DNA from: Thermoplasmata archaeon UBA61
GTDB lineage: Archaea > Thermoplasmatota > Thermoplasmata > Lutacidiplasmatales > UBA184
DNA: 64,000 nt
Direction of reading: 5' to 3'
Assembly: GCA_002503985.1 (NCBI GenBank)
Contig: DASW01000006.1
Span: 30,080 to 94,079 of the forward strand
Part shown: piece by piece, positions 28,500-39,391 of the stretch
Layout: each line of letters opens with the position of its first letter
Numbering within the stretch: position 1 is the first letter of the stretch
Made by a program: the position numbers and the translations under genes
Notes under the pieces: model-generated
The model's input: only the letters and a program-made list of their open reading frames with translations
What the model was told of the DNA's origin: nothing
Databases searched by the model: none

Positions 28500-29341
28500 C
28501 CGACCTCGGCTCCGGGTGGGACCTCCTCATCCTCGTCATCGTATCGTTCATCCCGGCGTTGATCTACCTCGGCTGGATCCGCGGAACCGAGCGGTACGGC
28601 AAGGAGGGGTGGGGCCCGCTCCTGCGAGCGTTCGTCTACGGAGCGATCTTCGCGACCCTCACCGCCGCGGTCCTCGAAGCGGTCATCGTCTACGCCGGGA
28701 CCGCCGTGAGCCAGAACTACCCCGGACCCGAGTTCGTCTTCCTGAACGGGAACTCCACGGCCGGGGCGTTCTTCCTGGTCCTCGTCATCGCGCCGGTCAT
28801 CGAGGAGGCCCTCAAGGCGTCGGGGGTCGCCGCGTTCCGGACCTCGTTCAAGCAGCTCGCCGACGGACCGGTCTTCGGCGCCTCGGTCGGGCTCGGCTTC
28901 GGGTTCTTCGAGACGTTCCTCTACGGCCTCGGCGCCTACCTCGTGGGAGGTCTCGAGGCGGGCATCGTGCTGATCATCATCCGCTCGGTCTCGAGCGTGC
29001 TCCTGCACGGCAGCTCGACCGGGATGTTCGGCTACGGCTACGCACGCTCCCAGTTCCACGAGGGGGGGCCTGGCTCCTGGTCGTACTACGGGGTCGCGGT
29101 CGGCATGCACGCGACCTTCAACGCCCTCGCCTCCCTGGCCGCGGTCCTCGCGATCGCTGGGATAGGAGGGTTCGCGAACGACGCGGCCGGCTACCTCGCG
29201 CTCTTCGCGGCGATCTTCTTCGCGTTCTGGGCGATCGAGCACGTCCGCTCGATCATCCAAGCGTCGGACTACCCCGCGCTCCTCGGGGCGCCGATCCACT
29301 ACCGCCCCCCGGGAGGAGCGCGGCCTCCGAACCGCCGCTAG
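28496..29341 (+). CDS. PrsW family intramembrane metalloprotease
   Basis: APVIEEALK, GFGFFET, LLH, MHATFN; multiple TMs. Confidence 0.88.
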   Translation: MTDLGSGWDLLILVIVSFIPALIYLGWIRGTERYGKEGWGPLLRAFVYGAIFATLTAAVLEAVIVYAGTAVSQNYPGPEFVFLNGNSTAGAFFLVLVIAPVIEEALKASGVAAFRTSFKQLADGPVFGASVGLGFGFFETFLYGLGAYLVGGLEAGIVLIIIRSVSSVLLHGSSTGMFGYGYARSQFHEGGPGSWSYYGVAVGMHATFNALASLAAVLAIAGIGGFANDAAGYLALFAAIFFAFWAIEHVRSIIQASDYPALLGAPIHYRPPGGARPPNRR

Positions 29342-29353
29342 CGAAGCCCCGTC

Positions 29354-29773
29354 TCACGGCTTGGGCGGGGACCGGGAGCTGGCGTTCCGGTTCCAGTCCG
29401 ACTCCCGGATCGACCGGTAGACGGCCTCGGCCTCGTCGGTGGGGGGAGCCTCACCGCCCTGGCCCACGTCGCGGATCCGCGCCTTCTTGAGGAGCCAGTA
29501 GTGGATCCGCCAGGTCTTGCCGCGCGAGACGGTGGCGTCCTCCTCCTCGCTCGTGAGGAGACCCTCCTCCTCGAGCTGGTAGAACCGGTCGCGGTCGTCG
29601 CTCGAGAGCTTGTTGTCGAGCACCGTGTCGTCGGCCCCGAAGTACCCCAGCACCATCCGAGCGACCGGACGGGCCTCGGGGGCCGGCATCTTCCCGCGGG
29701 CGACCAGGGTCCTCTCGATCGCCCGGGTCAGTTCGGCCTCGGTGATCGAGGGCATGGGAGTCGTCCTCGCCAC
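29354..29773 (-). CDS. DUF6015-like small winged-helix protein
   Basis: YFG...VLDNKL...DRDRFYQLEEEGLL...GKTWRIHYW. Confidence 0.7.
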   Translation of the reverse strand: MARTTPMPSITEAELTRAIERTLVARGKMPAPEARPVARMVLGYFGADDTVLDNKLSSDDRDRFYQLEEEGLLTSEEEDATVSRGKTWRIHYWLLKKARIRDVGQGGEAPPTDEAEAVYRSIRESDWNRNASSRSPPKP

Positions 29774-29853
29774 GGAATCCCCAAAGATAAGGTTCTTCGG
29801 CCATCGGAAGCGCGTGCCGGCGAACTTTTGTGGCCTGCGCCGGTCTCGGGAGA

Positions 29854-31089
29854 GTGACCGAACCCGTCGTCTTCGACATCCCCGAGGGAGCGCGCACGAC
29901 CGCGCTCCGAGCTCTGGACCGGGACCTCTGCGACGAGTGCTTTGGTCGCCTCTTCGGTCGGCTCGGTCACGGTCTTTCGAACCCGGAGCGCGCCCGTCGG
30001 CTCACGGACGCGCTCGGACACGCTCCCCTCGGAGGGAACCCGGAGTGCGCGGTGTGCGGTGGGCTTTTCTCTCGCCTCTCGACCTGGGTCGACCGGGCCG
30101 TCCGCGCCGCCGAAGGGTTCGAATGGCACCGCTTCACCTGCGGCTCCCGCTGGGACCCCGAGCGCCTCGCTCGGGAGGAGGCGCTCTGGATCGAGTTCGG
30201 CAGCGAGTGGGGAGAGAGCGCCCGCTCGGCGTTCAACCGGGAGCTAGGCAAGAAGATGGAGACCGCCAGCGGGGCCTCCGGCGGCACGGAACGGTCCGAC
30301 GTGGTGTTCCTGGCCGACCTGCCCGTCGGGCGGGTCGAGGTCACCGTTCTGCCGGTCTACGTCTACGGCCGGTACCGTAAGCTCGACCGGACCCTGCCCC
30401 AGACCCACTGGCCCTGCCGTCGATGCCAGGGCCGGGGATGCACGACCTGCGGCGGGACCGGGAAGACCTACCCGACCAGTGTTGAGGAGATCGTCGCGGC
30501 CCCGTTCCTATCGGCGACGGGGGCGGAGGGGAGCCGCTTCCACGGGATGGGACGGGAGGACATCGACGCGCGGATGCTCGGACGGGGCCGACCTTTCGTC
30601 CTGGAGCTATTGCGGCCGCGAAAGCGCACAGTCGACCTGGCCCAGATGGCCACCGAGCTCGCCCGAGACGCGGCCGGGAGGGTGGAGGTCGTCGACCTTC
30701 GCCCGTCGGAGGCTCCGGAAGTGGTGCGGGTTAAGGAGGCGAGCCCGGACAAGAGCTACCGTGTCGGTGTGGTTGGGGAAGTCCCGGTGGCAAAGGTTAA
30801 TGAGGCTCTCGAGCTCGCGCTTCGCCAAGCGATCGCCCAGCGCACGCCGAAGCGCGTCGCACACCGTCGGTCCGACCGCGTCCGAACGCGGCGGCTCGTC
30901 GCTGCGCGCGTCGTGGAAGCGACCGACGGGCGGTTCACGCTCGACCTCAGGACCGAAGCGGGTACGTACGTCAAGGAGTGGGTGGAAGGAGATGACGGAC
31001 GCACCGTGCCAAGCCTCTCCTCGCTGGTCGGGGTGCCGCTGAAGGTCGAGTTCCTCGACGTGTTGGAGATCCACGATACGGAGGTGTAA
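29854..31089 (+). CDS. pus10: tRNA pseudouridine(54/55) synthase Pus10
   Basis: LCDECFGR, YGRYRKL, GREDIDARMLG, QRTP, GTYVKE. Confidence 0.93.
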   Translation: MTEPVVFDIPEGARTTALRALDRDLCDECFGRLFGRLGHGLSNPERARRLTDALGHAPLGGNPECAVCGGLFSRLSTWVDRAVRAAEGFEWHRFTCGSRWDPERLAREEALWIEFGSEWGESARSAFNRELGKKMETASGASGGTERSDVVFLADLPVGRVEVTVLPVYVYGRYRKLDRTLPQTHWPCRRCQGRGCTTCGGTGKTYPTSVEEIVAAPFLSATGAEGSRFHGMGREDIDARMLGRGRPFVLELLRPRKRTVDLAQMATELARDAAGRVEVVDLRPSEAPEVVRVKEASPDKSYRVGVVGEVPVAKVNEALELALRQAIAQRTPKRVAHRRSDRVRTRRLVAARVVEATDGRFTLDLRTEAGTYVKEWVEGDDGRTVPSLSSLVGVPLKVEFLDVLEIHDTEV

Positions 31090-31093
31090 GGCG

Positions 31094-31405
31094 ATGGTCA
31101 AGAGTTCCAAGGGGTTCCGATCCCGCTCTCGCGGGACGTTCACGAAGGAGGTCCGCGAGCGTGGGCTGCCGCCGGTGAGCCGGTTCCTGCGCGAGTTCGC
31201 GATCGGCGACCGCGTGGTCGTCCGGATCGAGGCGTCCGACCCGCACGGCCAGCCGCACCCGCGCTACCAGGGACGCACGTGCACCGTGGTCGCGAAGACC
31301 GGCCGGGCCTACCGCATCGCCTTCCTGGACGGCGGGAAGCGCAAGGAGCTCATCGCGACCCCGATCCATCTCATGCCCGCCGACGTGGGGAAGGCCGATG
31401 CCTGA
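31094..31405 (+). CDS. rpl21e: 50S ribosomal protein L21e
   Basis: SKGFRSRSR, PHPRYQGRT, DGGKRK. Confidence 0.95.
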   Translation: MVKSSKGFRSRSRGTFTKEVRERGLPPVSRFLREFAIGDRVVVRIEASDPHGQPHPRYQGRTCTVVAKTGRAYRIAFLDGGKRKELIATPIHLMPADVGKADA

Positions 31406-31712
31406 ACCGGTCCCCCTCTCGAAGGTGAAGGACCTCCTTGTGGAGGAGGCCGCCCGCCGTACCCTCCCCCGTGAGGCCGCCCTCGCCCACCAGCATGCCG
31501 AGCAGTTCGCGCGCCTTTCTACGGAGCAGACCGCGAAGCTCCTGGCCGAGCTGCGGACGCTCCCGTTCGTGGACGCGACGGTGGCCGTGAAGATCGCCGA
31601 CGTTCTCCCCCAGTACCCGGAGGAGATCCGCCTCCTCTTCTCGAAGGAGCGGGTCGCGCTCGACGAAGCGCAGGTCGCCCGGCTCCTCGAGATCGTGGCA
31701 CAGCACCGATGA
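31398..31712 (+). CDS. rpoF: RNA polymerase subunit Rpo4 (RpoF)
   Basis: AVKIADVLP...EIRLLF; conserved rpl21e-rpoF-DUF655-ksgA order. Confidence 0.9.
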   Translation: MPEPVPLSKVKDLLVEEAARRTLPREAALAHQHAEQFARLSTEQTAKLLAELRTLPFVDATVAVKIADVLPQYPEEIRLLFSKERVALDEAQVARLLEIVAQHR

Positions 31713-31728
31713 GCGGGGGGGATCCGGT

Positions 31729-32274
31729 GTGGAGAATTACGCCATCATTCTCGATTACCTGCCGAACGGTCGGCAGACGGAGCGGGGGTTCCACCGCGAA
31801 CCCCTCGCGCTCGCCATCGGCGAAGACGAGCTGAAACTCTTCGAGCTCGTGCCGCGCCCGACGGTGCCCCTGACGCCGGGGACGAGGGTCCCGCTCGGTC
31901 CGGTCGGGGCGACCCCTTCCCCGATCGACCACGTCCGGCGCCGGGTCAGCTACGACGAGCTCACCGTCTCGGCCCGAACGGAGCTCACCCCCGCCCTCGA
32001 ATCGATCGTCCGGCGGAACGCCCCGCGGTACCTACGGTTCTTCAACGAGGCCCCGGCGGTCTCGCGCCGGTTCCACCTCCTCGAGCTCTTGCCGGGGATC
32101 GGCAAGAAGACGATGCAGCAGATCGTGGACGAGCGCAAGCGGGCCCCGTTCGCGAGCTTCGAAGAGATCGAGGTCCGGGTCCATCTCAAGAGCCCCGAGC
32201 GGCTCATCGTCGGCCGGATCGAGCAGGAACTGAGCGGTGTCGAGGACAAGTACCGCCTCTTCGTCGCGCCGTAG
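31729..32274 (+). CDS. DUF655 family RNA-binding protein
   Basis: ILDYLP, FFNEA, LELLPGIGKK, KYRLFV. Confidence 0.92.
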   Translation: MENYAIILDYLPNGRQTERGFHREPLALAIGEDELKLFELVPRPTVPLTPGTRVPLGPVGATPSPIDHVRRRVSYDELTVSARTELTPALESIVRRNAPRYLRFFNEAPAVSRRFHLLELLPGIGKKTMQQIVDERKRAPFASFEEIEVRVHLKSPERLIVGRIEQELSGVEDKYRLFVAP

Positions 32275-32302
32275 CGCAACGACCAACGGCACCGTTCCCG
32301 CG

Positions 32303-33142
32303 GTGCCCGAGCGACCGGACGAGGTCCGCGCCGCGCTCGATTCGCTCGGCGTGCGACCGTCCAAGGAGTGGGGCCAGTCGTTCCTCACGGACCCGTTCGT
32401 CGCCGACGCGGAGGCCGCGCTGGTCGAGCTGCCTCCCGGGCGTCCTGTGGTCGAGATCGGAGGCGGGCTCGGGGTCCTGACGGCAGCTCTGCTGCGCCGC
32501 GGGGTCGGTCCGCTCACTGTGATCGAACGCGACCGCCGGCTGGCGCGCTTCCTCACGACCACCTTCGGCGACCGGATCCGGGTCGTGACGGGGGACGCCC
32601 TCACGGTGACGCTCCCCCTGGCGGACGCGGTGATCGGCAACCTTCCGTACTCGGTGGCGACACCGCTCTTGCTTCGGCTGTTCGCCGCCCGGACCCCGCG
32701 GGTCGTCTTTCTCGTCCAACGGGAGGTCGCCGAGCGCCTCGCGGCGGACCCCGGTTCGAAGAAGTACGGGCGCCTCTCGATCATCGCGCAGCTCTACGGC
32801 TCGGTCGAACTGTTCCGGACCGTGAACTCCGCCGCGTTCACGCCGCAACCCGAGGTCGAGAGCCGGATCGGGGTCCACGTCACCCGGCGCGACCCCCTCC
32901 CGGTGCCGTCCGTTCCGGAGTTCGAGGAGATCCTTCGACGGCTCTTCTCCTCGCGTCGAAAGCAGCTTTCGAACCTTCTTCCCCGGTTGACCTCGACCCG
33001 GGAAGGCGCAGACGAGCTCGCCCGTGAGGCCGGTTGGTCGGCCGATTGGGGCCATCGTCGGCCGGAAGAGCTTCCGCCGAGCGACTACTTCGCGCTCGCC
33101 CGGGTCCTCGTCGGCAAGGTCGGACCCGGCGCGAAGAGCTAG
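32303..33142 (+). CDS. rsmA: 16S rRNA dimethyladenosine transferase
   Basis: WGQSFL, EIGGGLG, GNLPYSV, QREVAER, YGRLS. Confidence 0.92.
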   Translation: MPERPDEVRAALDSLGVRPSKEWGQSFLTDPFVADAEAALVELPPGRPVVEIGGGLGVLTAALLRRGVGPLTVIERDRRLARFLTTTFGDRIRVVTGDALTVTLPLADAVIGNLPYSVATPLLLRLFAARTPRVVFLVQREVAERLAADPGSKKYGRLSIIAQLYGSVELFRTVNSAAFTPQPEVESRIGVHVTRRDPLPVPSVPEFEEILRRLFSSRRKQLSNLLPRLTSTREGADELAREAGWSADWGHRRPEELPPSDYFALARVLVGKVGPGAKS

Positions 33143-33252
33143 GGCTCAACCTCCCACGGGCGCCCGCTCGGACCCGGTCGCAGCGATTTCGGGGGAGGGC
33201 GTTTCAAAACCCCTCCCGTGGACCTTTTGGGCTCCGGTAGCTGGCCTCCCCA

Positions 33253-34278
33253 ATGACCCCCGCCCGCACGAAACCCGTTCCGAAGACGCGGACCAAGACC
33301 CCGAGCACGGCCATGTCCTGGCTGTTGGAGGGGAACCAGCCCTCGGTGCGGTACCGAACGTTGACCGAGCTTCTCGGTCGGAAGGAGAACGACCCCGAGG
33401 TCCGGGACGCCAAGAGGGCAATCCTGGAACGAGGATGGGCCGCGGAGATCCTCTCGCAGCGCCGCCTCGGCGGTGGCTGGAACGACGGCGATTCCCAGTA
33501 CCGACCGAAGTACCTCTCCACCAACTGGATGATGCTGGTCCTCTCCGACCTCGGCCTGACGCGCGCGGTCCCCGAGGTCCGCGAGGCCTGCGAGTTCTGG
33601 ATGGACGGGTTCGCCGCGACGGGTGGAGGGCTCGGTGGCAGCTCGAAGGGGACCCCCCACTACTGCGTGGCGGCCAACCAGGCTCGGGCCCTGATCCGGT
33701 TCGGGTACGAGGACGACCCGCGGGTCCGACGTACCCTCGATTGGTTGGTCGAGACCGCCGACCCCAAGGGGGGCTGGTCGTGCTTCGGGTCCGGAAGGAA
33801 CCTCGATTCCTGGGAGGCATTGAGCGTCTTCGCGGCCTTCCCCCGGTCCAAGTGGAGCGGGAGCATGAAGACCTGCGTGGAGAAAGGGGCCGAGTTCTTC
33901 CTCGAGCGGGAACTCCACCGTCAGGGGGACCGGTACGAACCGTGGTATCGGTTCCACTACCCGCCACACTACTACTACGACCTCTTGGTCGGTCTCGACT
34001 TCATGACCGCTCTGGGCTACGCGGGCGACCGTCGGATGGACTACGCGGTGGCGTTCCTTCGCTCGCGCCAGCTCCCCGATGGGAGGTGGAACCTCGACGC
34101 GGTCCACCCGGACCTCGAGGGCGCGGCGGCGCGGTGGTACGCGTCGCACCCGAAGCACCGCCCCACCCCCTTCGCTATCGAGAAGGTCGGCCAACCGAGC
34201 AAGATGATCACGCTCGCCGCCCTGCGGGTCCTCGACGCCGTGGACCGGGCTTCGTCGTCCGGGGGTCGTCGGCCGTGA
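33253..34278 (+). CDS. prenyltransferase/squalene-cyclase-repeat protein
   Basis: WLLE...VRY, YRPKY...W, GGW, FHYPPHYYYD, QLPDGRW, SKMIT. Confidence 0.7.
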   Translation: MTPARTKPVPKTRTKTPSTAMSWLLEGNQPSVRYRTLTELLGRKENDPEVRDAKRAILERGWAAEILSQRRLGGGWNDGDSQYRPKYLSTNWMMLVLSDLGLTRAVPEVREACEFWMDGFAATGGGLGGSSKGTPHYCVAANQARALIRFGYEDDPRVRRTLDWLVETADPKGGWSCFGSGRNLDSWEALSVFAAFPRSKWSGSMKTCVEKGAEFFLERELHRQGDRYEPWYRFHYPPHYYYDLLVGLDFMTALGYAGDRRMDYAVAFLRSRQLPDGRWNLDAVHPDLEGAAARWYASHPKHRPTPFAIEKVGQPSKMITLAALRVLDAVDRASSSGGRRP

Positions 34279-34955
34279 CGACCGACCTGTGGACCGCTGT
34301 GGACGCCTATCTCGAGGAGAAGCTGCTCCCCGCGGACCCGGTCCTGGAGGAGGCCCTCCGGTCGAGCGCGGCCGCCGGCCTTCCGAACATCCAGGTCTCC
34401 CCGACCCAGGGAAAGCTCCTCTATCTACTCGCCAAGGCGCTAGGGGCCCGCAGGGTCCTCGAGATCGGTGCCTTGGGCGGGTACAGCACGATCTGGCTCG
34501 CCCGGGCGCTCCCGAAGGACGGGCGCCTCGTGACCCTCGAGGTCGAGGCAAAGCACGCCGAGGTCGCTTCTGCGAACATCGCGCGGGCGGGCCTTCAGGA
34601 CCGCGTGGAGATACGGCTCGGTCGGGCGCTCGAGACCCTCCCGAAGATCCTCGCCGAGAAGCGGGGGCCGTTCGACCTCTTCTTCCTGGACGCGGACAAG
34701 GCGAACACGCGGGCGTACTTCGAGTGGACGCTGAAGCTCTCCCGGCCCGGCTCGTTGATCGTCGTCGACAACGTGGTCCGGCGGGGAGAGCTCGCCGACG
34801 CATCCAGCCCGTCCCCGGACGTCCGGGGGATGCGCGAATTCCTGGACGCGCTCGCCTCCGATTCCCGCGTCAGCGCGACCGGCATCCAGACCGTGGGCCG
34901 CAAAGGATACGACGGATTCGTCCTGGCGCGGGTGACGGACCCGCGCGGAGCATAG
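34275..34955 (+). CDS. O-methyltransferase (methyltransf_3)
   Basis: GTGA overlap; LEIGALGGYS, FLDADK, VDNV, KGYDGF. Confidence 0.92.
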   Translation: MTTDLWTAVDAYLEEKLLPADPVLEEALRSSAAAGLPNIQVSPTQGKLLYLLAKALGARRVLEIGALGGYSTIWLARALPKDGRLVTLEVEAKHAEVASANIARAGLQDRVEIRLGRALETLPKILAEKRGPFDLFFLDADKANTRAYFEWTLKLSRPGSLIVVDNVVRRGELADASSPSPDVRGMREFLDALASDSRVSATGIQTVGRKGYDGFVLARVTDPRGA

Positions 34956-34979
34956 ATGACCGGTTCGGTTCCGCTTACC

Positions 34980-35486
34980 ATGAAGACGAAGCGAAGTCGC
35001 ACAGGACCCGCCCGGGCCACTGCGTGCGCGGAGTACTCCTTCCGGCAGCGGTTCCGCGTTCCCGCACCCTGGGCGTTCCGCTGGTGCATCGACTTCGTCC
35101 CACACGACTGGGCAACCGGGGGAGTCCACGGGTCGCGGAAGGTCCTCTGGCTCTCTCCTCGGACCGTCATCCTCGACGATACGTTCCCCGCCCCCGGTGG
35201 TCGCCGCGTTCGGAAGGTCAAGCTGGTCCAGATCTACCCCCGCGCCCGGTACTGGGTGAGCACCCACATCGTGGGGCCGAGCCATCACTCCCAGTTCCGA
35301 TACACCGTCTCCGCCGTCGGGCCGAACGCCTCCGAACTGCTGTTCGAAGGTCGAGAGCTCCGGTGGCAGGGGCCGCGACTCGCGCCCGCCGCGGAGAGAC
35401 GGTTGGCGAAGCGACTTCGGTCGGAGGACGCCGACCTCTGGAAGCGGTTCGCGACCGAGATCGAGCGCGAGTTCTCCGAGCGATAA
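34980..35486 (+). CDS. hypothetical protein (possibly SRPBCC-like)
   Basis: WAFRWCIDF...LWKRFATEIERE; start uncertain (34956 or 34980). Confidence 0.65.
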   Translation: MKTKRSRTGPARATACAEYSFRQRFRVPAPWAFRWCIDFVPHDWATGGVHGSRKVLWLSPRTVILDDTFPAPGGRRVRKVKLVQIYPRARYWVSTHIVGPSHHSQFRYTVSAVGPNASELLFEGRELRWQGPRLAPAAERRLAKRLRSEDADLWKRFATEIEREFSER

Positions 35487-35532
35487 GGTCCCGCCCAGGA
35501 AAGCGTCGGTCGGACCCGAACGTCGCTCCGGT

Positions 35533-36495
35533 TCACGTCGAGCTGGACCGGACCATGGTCATCGTCGAGGCCACACCCTTGAACCCGAGGCGCTCGAGCG
35601 CCACACCCACGGCGCCCGTAGGCTCCGCTACCACGGCGAGACAGGTCGCCGGGGCTCGAGGTCGGAGCCACTCGGTGCCCCGATCGAGGAGCGCCGCGGC
35701 CTCCTCCAGGGACGGGGGGGTCGAACCGACCAGGGGGAGGTAGACCGCCATCGGAGCCTCCCGAGTGGGGGCACAGGAGACGCGAAGGGCGAGGGGTGGA
35801 CCGCTGAGCGTCCAAAGGACCCACGTCTGTTTGCGGCTCCGGAAAGAGCCCGCCAGGACCTCGTTGTGGGACAGCCTTCGCCGAGTGGAGGGCAGGGCCG
35901 CGCGGTAATCCGCGGCCCGACCTTCATCCAGTTTGGGAGCGATTTCGTTGAGCTCCTCCCTCGTCGCCGGACGCGTCCTCGGCGGGAGCGGGGTCATGGT
36001 CGGTGGGACTCCGGTGCGCACGTACCACGTGAACCGGGCGACATCCCGATATCCGGCGTGACGGTAGACCCGGATGGCCGTGTCGTTGTCGCTATCGACG
36101 TCGAGGACGAGCCACTCCTGATGCCGACGAGCCGCATCCTTCTTTAGGAGAGTGAGGAGCTGGGAGGCGATCCCCCGCCCTCGGTACCCCGCGTCGGTCG
36201 CCATTCCGGCGACGTAGGCGGCGTTCGGTAGCCGGAGCAGGGTCCCGGTCCCCACGACCCGGTTCCCGTCGACCGCGACGAAGATCTGGGCGAAAGGGCG
36301 ACCCACCAGCTGGGAGAACCTGAGGAGCGTCCAGATCGACCTTCGGGAAAGCGAGCGGACCATCTTCTCGGCGCCCCGGTCGAGGCCGGTCGAGCGCTCG
36401 AGCTTCCCGATCCCTTGGAGCACGACCGTGAGGTAGCTCGGGACGTCCGACCGGCGGAGGAGACGGTACTCAAGGGATCCCGCGACCTCCGTCAT
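35533..36495 (-). CDS. GNAT family N-acetyltransferase
   Basis: YRGRGIA, NDTAIRVY; degenerate second GNAT (LERLGF). Confidence 0.85.
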   Translation of the reverse strand: MTEVAGSLEYRLLRRSDVPSYLTVVLQGIGKLERSTGLDRGAEKMVRSLSRRSIWTLLRFSQLVGRPFAQIFVAVDGNRVVGTGTLLRLPNAAYVAGMATDAGYRGRGIASQLLTLLKKDAARRHQEWLVLDVDSDNDTAIRVYRHAGYRDVARFTWYVRTGVPPTMTPLPPRTRPATREELNEIAPKLDEGRAADYRAALPSTRRRLSHNEVLAGSFRSRKQTWVLWTLSGPPLALRVSCAPTREAPMAVYLPLVGSTPPSLEEAAALLDRGTEWLRPRAPATCLAVVAEPTGAVGVALERLGFKGVASTMTMVRSSST

Positions 36496-36561
36496 CCTAT
36501 CCCGTCCCGTGTCCGGCCGTTCCCCCCATTGTAGGGAGCATGTAAGCGGTGGGGTCCGGGG

Positions 36562-37494
36562 TCACGGGCGACCGACCCTCTTCTCGGGCTCGACCCTCGA
36601 GTGGACGGTCCCTCCGAGCCACGCCACCGCGACGATGATGAGACCTCCCCCTACGTACTGGAGGCTCGAGAGCGCGACGCCGAGGATCAAGAGCCCGGCC
36701 GTGGCCGCGACGATCGGCTCGAACGAGCCGGCGACCCCGGCCTCGGTGGCGGTCAGCTTCCTAAGACCGTAGACGAACAGCGTGAAGGCGAGCAGGGTCC
36801 CCGCCACGACCACGAAGAGGACCAGCCCTGTGAGGAGCGCCGCGCTCGCGAGCGTTGCGGGCCAGTGGTACTGTATCAGGGTCCAGGCGCCGATCGGGGC
36901 CGTGACGAGCCCTCCGAGAAGGAACCCCCACGTCGTCACCCACTGCGCGCTCTGGGTCTGGACGAACCGACGGGTGGCGAGGGTATAGTACGCCCCCGCG
37001 ACCGCCGAGAGAAGACCGAACGCGAGACCCAGCGGCGTGATGAGGATGGAGAACCCGTGGGGAGAGACGGTCCCGACCAACAACATCGTCCCGGCCGCCG
37101 CGAGCGCGAGCAGGGCGGCCCACCGGGCCGACCATCGGATCGCTCCGGACGCCAGCTCGTAGCCGGCGACCATCGGCAGGAAGAGGAACTGAAGCAGGGT
37201 CGCTGTCGTCACGTTGGAGTAGAAGAGCGCCTCGAGGTACGTGACCTGGGAGCCGACGAGGCCCAGGATTGCCATCGAGGCGAACGAGGCGGTCCACGGA
37301 CGGGGCCACTTCGGTCGGGCCACCGCCAGGAGAAGGCAGGCCGCACCGAGCATGCGGATGGTCGTGAGCCCCCAGACCGGGAACAGGTACCCCTGAAGAA
37401 TCACCTGGGCGGCCGTTCCAGAGAGGCCCCAGAGCGCCGACCCTGTGACCGCTGCGAGGAGCGCCAACCGAACTTCACGCATGGAGTGGCCCAC
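36562..37494 (-). CDS. EamA/DMT family transporter
   Basis: LWGLSG, ATLLQF, FEPIVA; ~10 TMs. Confidence 0.9.
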   Translation of the reverse strand: MGHSMREVRLALLAAVTGSALWGLSGTAAQVILQGYLFPVWGLTTIRMLGAACLLLAVARPKWPRPWTASFASMAILGLVGSQVTYLEALFYSNVTTATLLQFLFLPMVAGYELASGAIRWSARWAALLALAAAGTMLLVGTVSPHGFSILITPLGLAFGLLSAVAGAYYTLATRRFVQTQSAQWVTTWGFLLGGLVTAPIGAWTLIQYHWPATLASAALLTGLVLFVVVAGTLLAFTLFVYGLRKLTATEAGVAGSFEPIVAATAGLLILGVALSSLQYVGGGLIIVAVAWLGGTVHSRVEPEKRVGRP

Positions 37495-37621
37495 TATCGA
37501 CCCGTCCCGGATGAGGGGAAGGGGATGGATTTTACCTCAAACCGGTTCCCGAGACGGAGCGCATTCCCCCGGTGCGGCGCCTGGACCGGCACGAGCCACG
37601 CCGCGCGCTTGCGGGTTAGTT

Positions 37622-37635
37622 GCATTTATATAGAA
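37622..37635 (+). promoter_or_regulatory. TATA box of the thermosome gene
   Basis: TTTATATA ~35 nt upstream of ATG 37664. Confidence 0.7.
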
Positions 37636-37663
37636 GAGCAATTCTGCCAAACTCGGTGGAAGC

Positions 37664-39289
37664 ATGCTTCAGGGAACTCCGATTCTCGTCCTGAGAGAAG
37701 GGACCGAGCGCGAGCAGGGAAAGAGCGCGACCGCGAACAACATCGCCGCCGCCCGGGCCGTCGCCGACACGGTACGAACGACCCTAGGTCCCCGGGGCAT
37801 GGACAAGATGCTCGTCGACGGGATGGGCGATATCACGATCACGAACGACGGCGTCACGATCCTGAAGGAGGTCGACGTCGAGCACCCGGCCGCCAAGATG
37901 CTGGTCGAGGTCGCTAAGACCCAGGACCAGCAGTGCGGCGACGGGACGACCACGGCGGTCGTGCTCGCCGGGGAGCTCCTCAAGCGCTCGGAATACCTCC
38001 TCGAGCAGAACGTTCACCCGACCGTCATCACCCGCGGCTTCCAGCTCGCGGTGCAGGAGGCAAAACGCCTTCTCGAGACCGAGATCGGAACGACCATTAA
38101 GACCAGCGACGAATCGATCCTCATCGACTGCGCCGCGACCGCGATGGGCTCGAAGGGCGTCTATGGCTCCCGCTCCGAGCTCGCGAAGATCGCCGTCCTC
38201 GCGGTCCAGAGGATCGCCGAGACCCGCGGCGGCAAGACCGTCTGCGACGTCGACCAGATCAAGGTCGAGAAGCGCCACGGGGGCACGATCTCGGACACGG
38301 AGCTCATCCAGGGGATCATCCTCGACAAGGAGCGCGGACACCCGCGCATGCCCTCGGAAGTGACGAACGCGAAGATCGCCCTTCTCAACTCCGCCCTCGA
38401 GATCAAGAAGACCGAGATCGAGAGCAAGATCAACATCAAGAACCCGAACCAGATCCAGAGCTTCCTCGAGGAAGAGGACCGGACGTTCCACAAGATGGTC
38501 GACGCCATCAAGGCGCTCGGCGCGAACGTGGTTGTCTGCCAGAAGGGGATCGACGACGTCGTCCTCCACTACCTCGCGAAGCAGGGCATCTACGCCGTGA
38601 AGCAGGTCAAGGAGTCGGACCTTCAGAAGCTCGCCCGCGCGACCGGCGGAAAGATCGTGACCGGGATCAAGGAGCTCACCAGCGCGGACCTCGGCTCGGC
38701 CGCTAAGGTCGATGAGCACAAGGTCGGTGACGACAAGATGACGTTCGTCACCGGTTGCGCCAATCCCCGATCCGTCTCGATCCTCATCCGGGGCGGCACC
38801 GAACACGTCACGCAGGAGGTCGAGCGCTCGCTCCACGACGCGCTCAAGGTCGTCTCGAGCGTCATCGAGGACGGGGTCGTCTGCCCCGGCGGTGGCGCGA
38901 CCGAGATCGACCTCGCGGTGAAGCTGCGCAAGTGGGCCGGTACAGTTGGCGGCCGCGAGCAGCTCGCGGTCGAGGCGTTCGCTCAGGCGCTCGAATGCAT
39001 CCCGTGGGCCCTCGCCGAGAACGGCGGGTACGACTCGATCAACACCCTCATCGACCTTCGCAGCGCCCACGACGGACCCAACGCGAACAAGAACGCCGGG
39101 ATCAACCTCCAGGACGGGAAGTCGGCCGACATGTGGAAGCTCCACGTCATCGAGCCGCTCCGTGTCAAGAGCCAGGCGCTCAGCTCCGCAACGGAGGTCG
39201 CGACCATGATCCTGCGGATCGACGACATCATCGCGTCCAAGAAGGGCGGCGGCGGGGCTCCCGGCGGTCCGGGTGGCCACCAACACTAG
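37664..39289 (+). CDS. ths: thermosome (group II chaperonin) subunit
   Basis: [31 protein letters not shown]. Confidence 0.97.
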   Translation: MLQGTPILVLREGTEREQGKSATANNIAAARAVADTVRTTLGPRGMDKMLVDGMGDITITNDGVTILKEVDVEHPAAKMLVEVAKTQDQQCGDGTTTAVVLAGELLKRSEYLLEQNVHPTVITRGFQLAVQEAKRLLETEIGTTIKTSDESILIDCAATAMGSKGVYGSRSELAKIAVLAVQRIAETRGGKTVCDVDQIKVEKRHGGTISDTELIQGIILDKERGHPRMPSEVTNAKIALLNSALEIKKTEIESKINIKNPNQIQSFLEEEDRTFHKMVDAIKALGANVVVCQKGIDDVVLHYLAKQGIYAVKQVKESDLQKLARATGGKIVTGIKELTSADLGSAAKVDEHKVGDDKMTFVTGCANPRSVSILIRGGTEHVTQEVERSLHDALKVVSSVIEDGVVCPGGGATEIDLAVKLRKWAGTVGGREQLAVEAFAQALECIPWALAENGGYDSINTLIDLRSAHDGPNANKNAGINLQDGKSADMWKLHVIEPLRVKSQALSSATEVATMILRIDDIIASKKGGGGAPGGPGGHQH

Positions 39290-39323
39290 GTAGGCCGGTC
39301 GAAGCTCGGCCCAACTCGTTCCA

Positions 39324-39354
39324 CGGGCCGGACCCCCTTCGTGGGGCCCGGTCC
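39324..39354 (+). terminator. GC hairpin with TTCG loop after the thermosome gene
   Basis: CGGGCCGGACCCCC-TTCG-TGGGGCCCGGTCCG imperfect stem. Confidence 0.45.
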
Positions 39355-39391
39355 GAAGCCTTCTTAACGCAAGGGCGGTAGGTCGCTCGCC

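Noticed and set aside
37610..37655. CIRCE or HSR1 heat-shock operator before the thermosome gene
   Set aside because: Only half-sites (GTTAG, TGCCAA) without correctly spaced partners.
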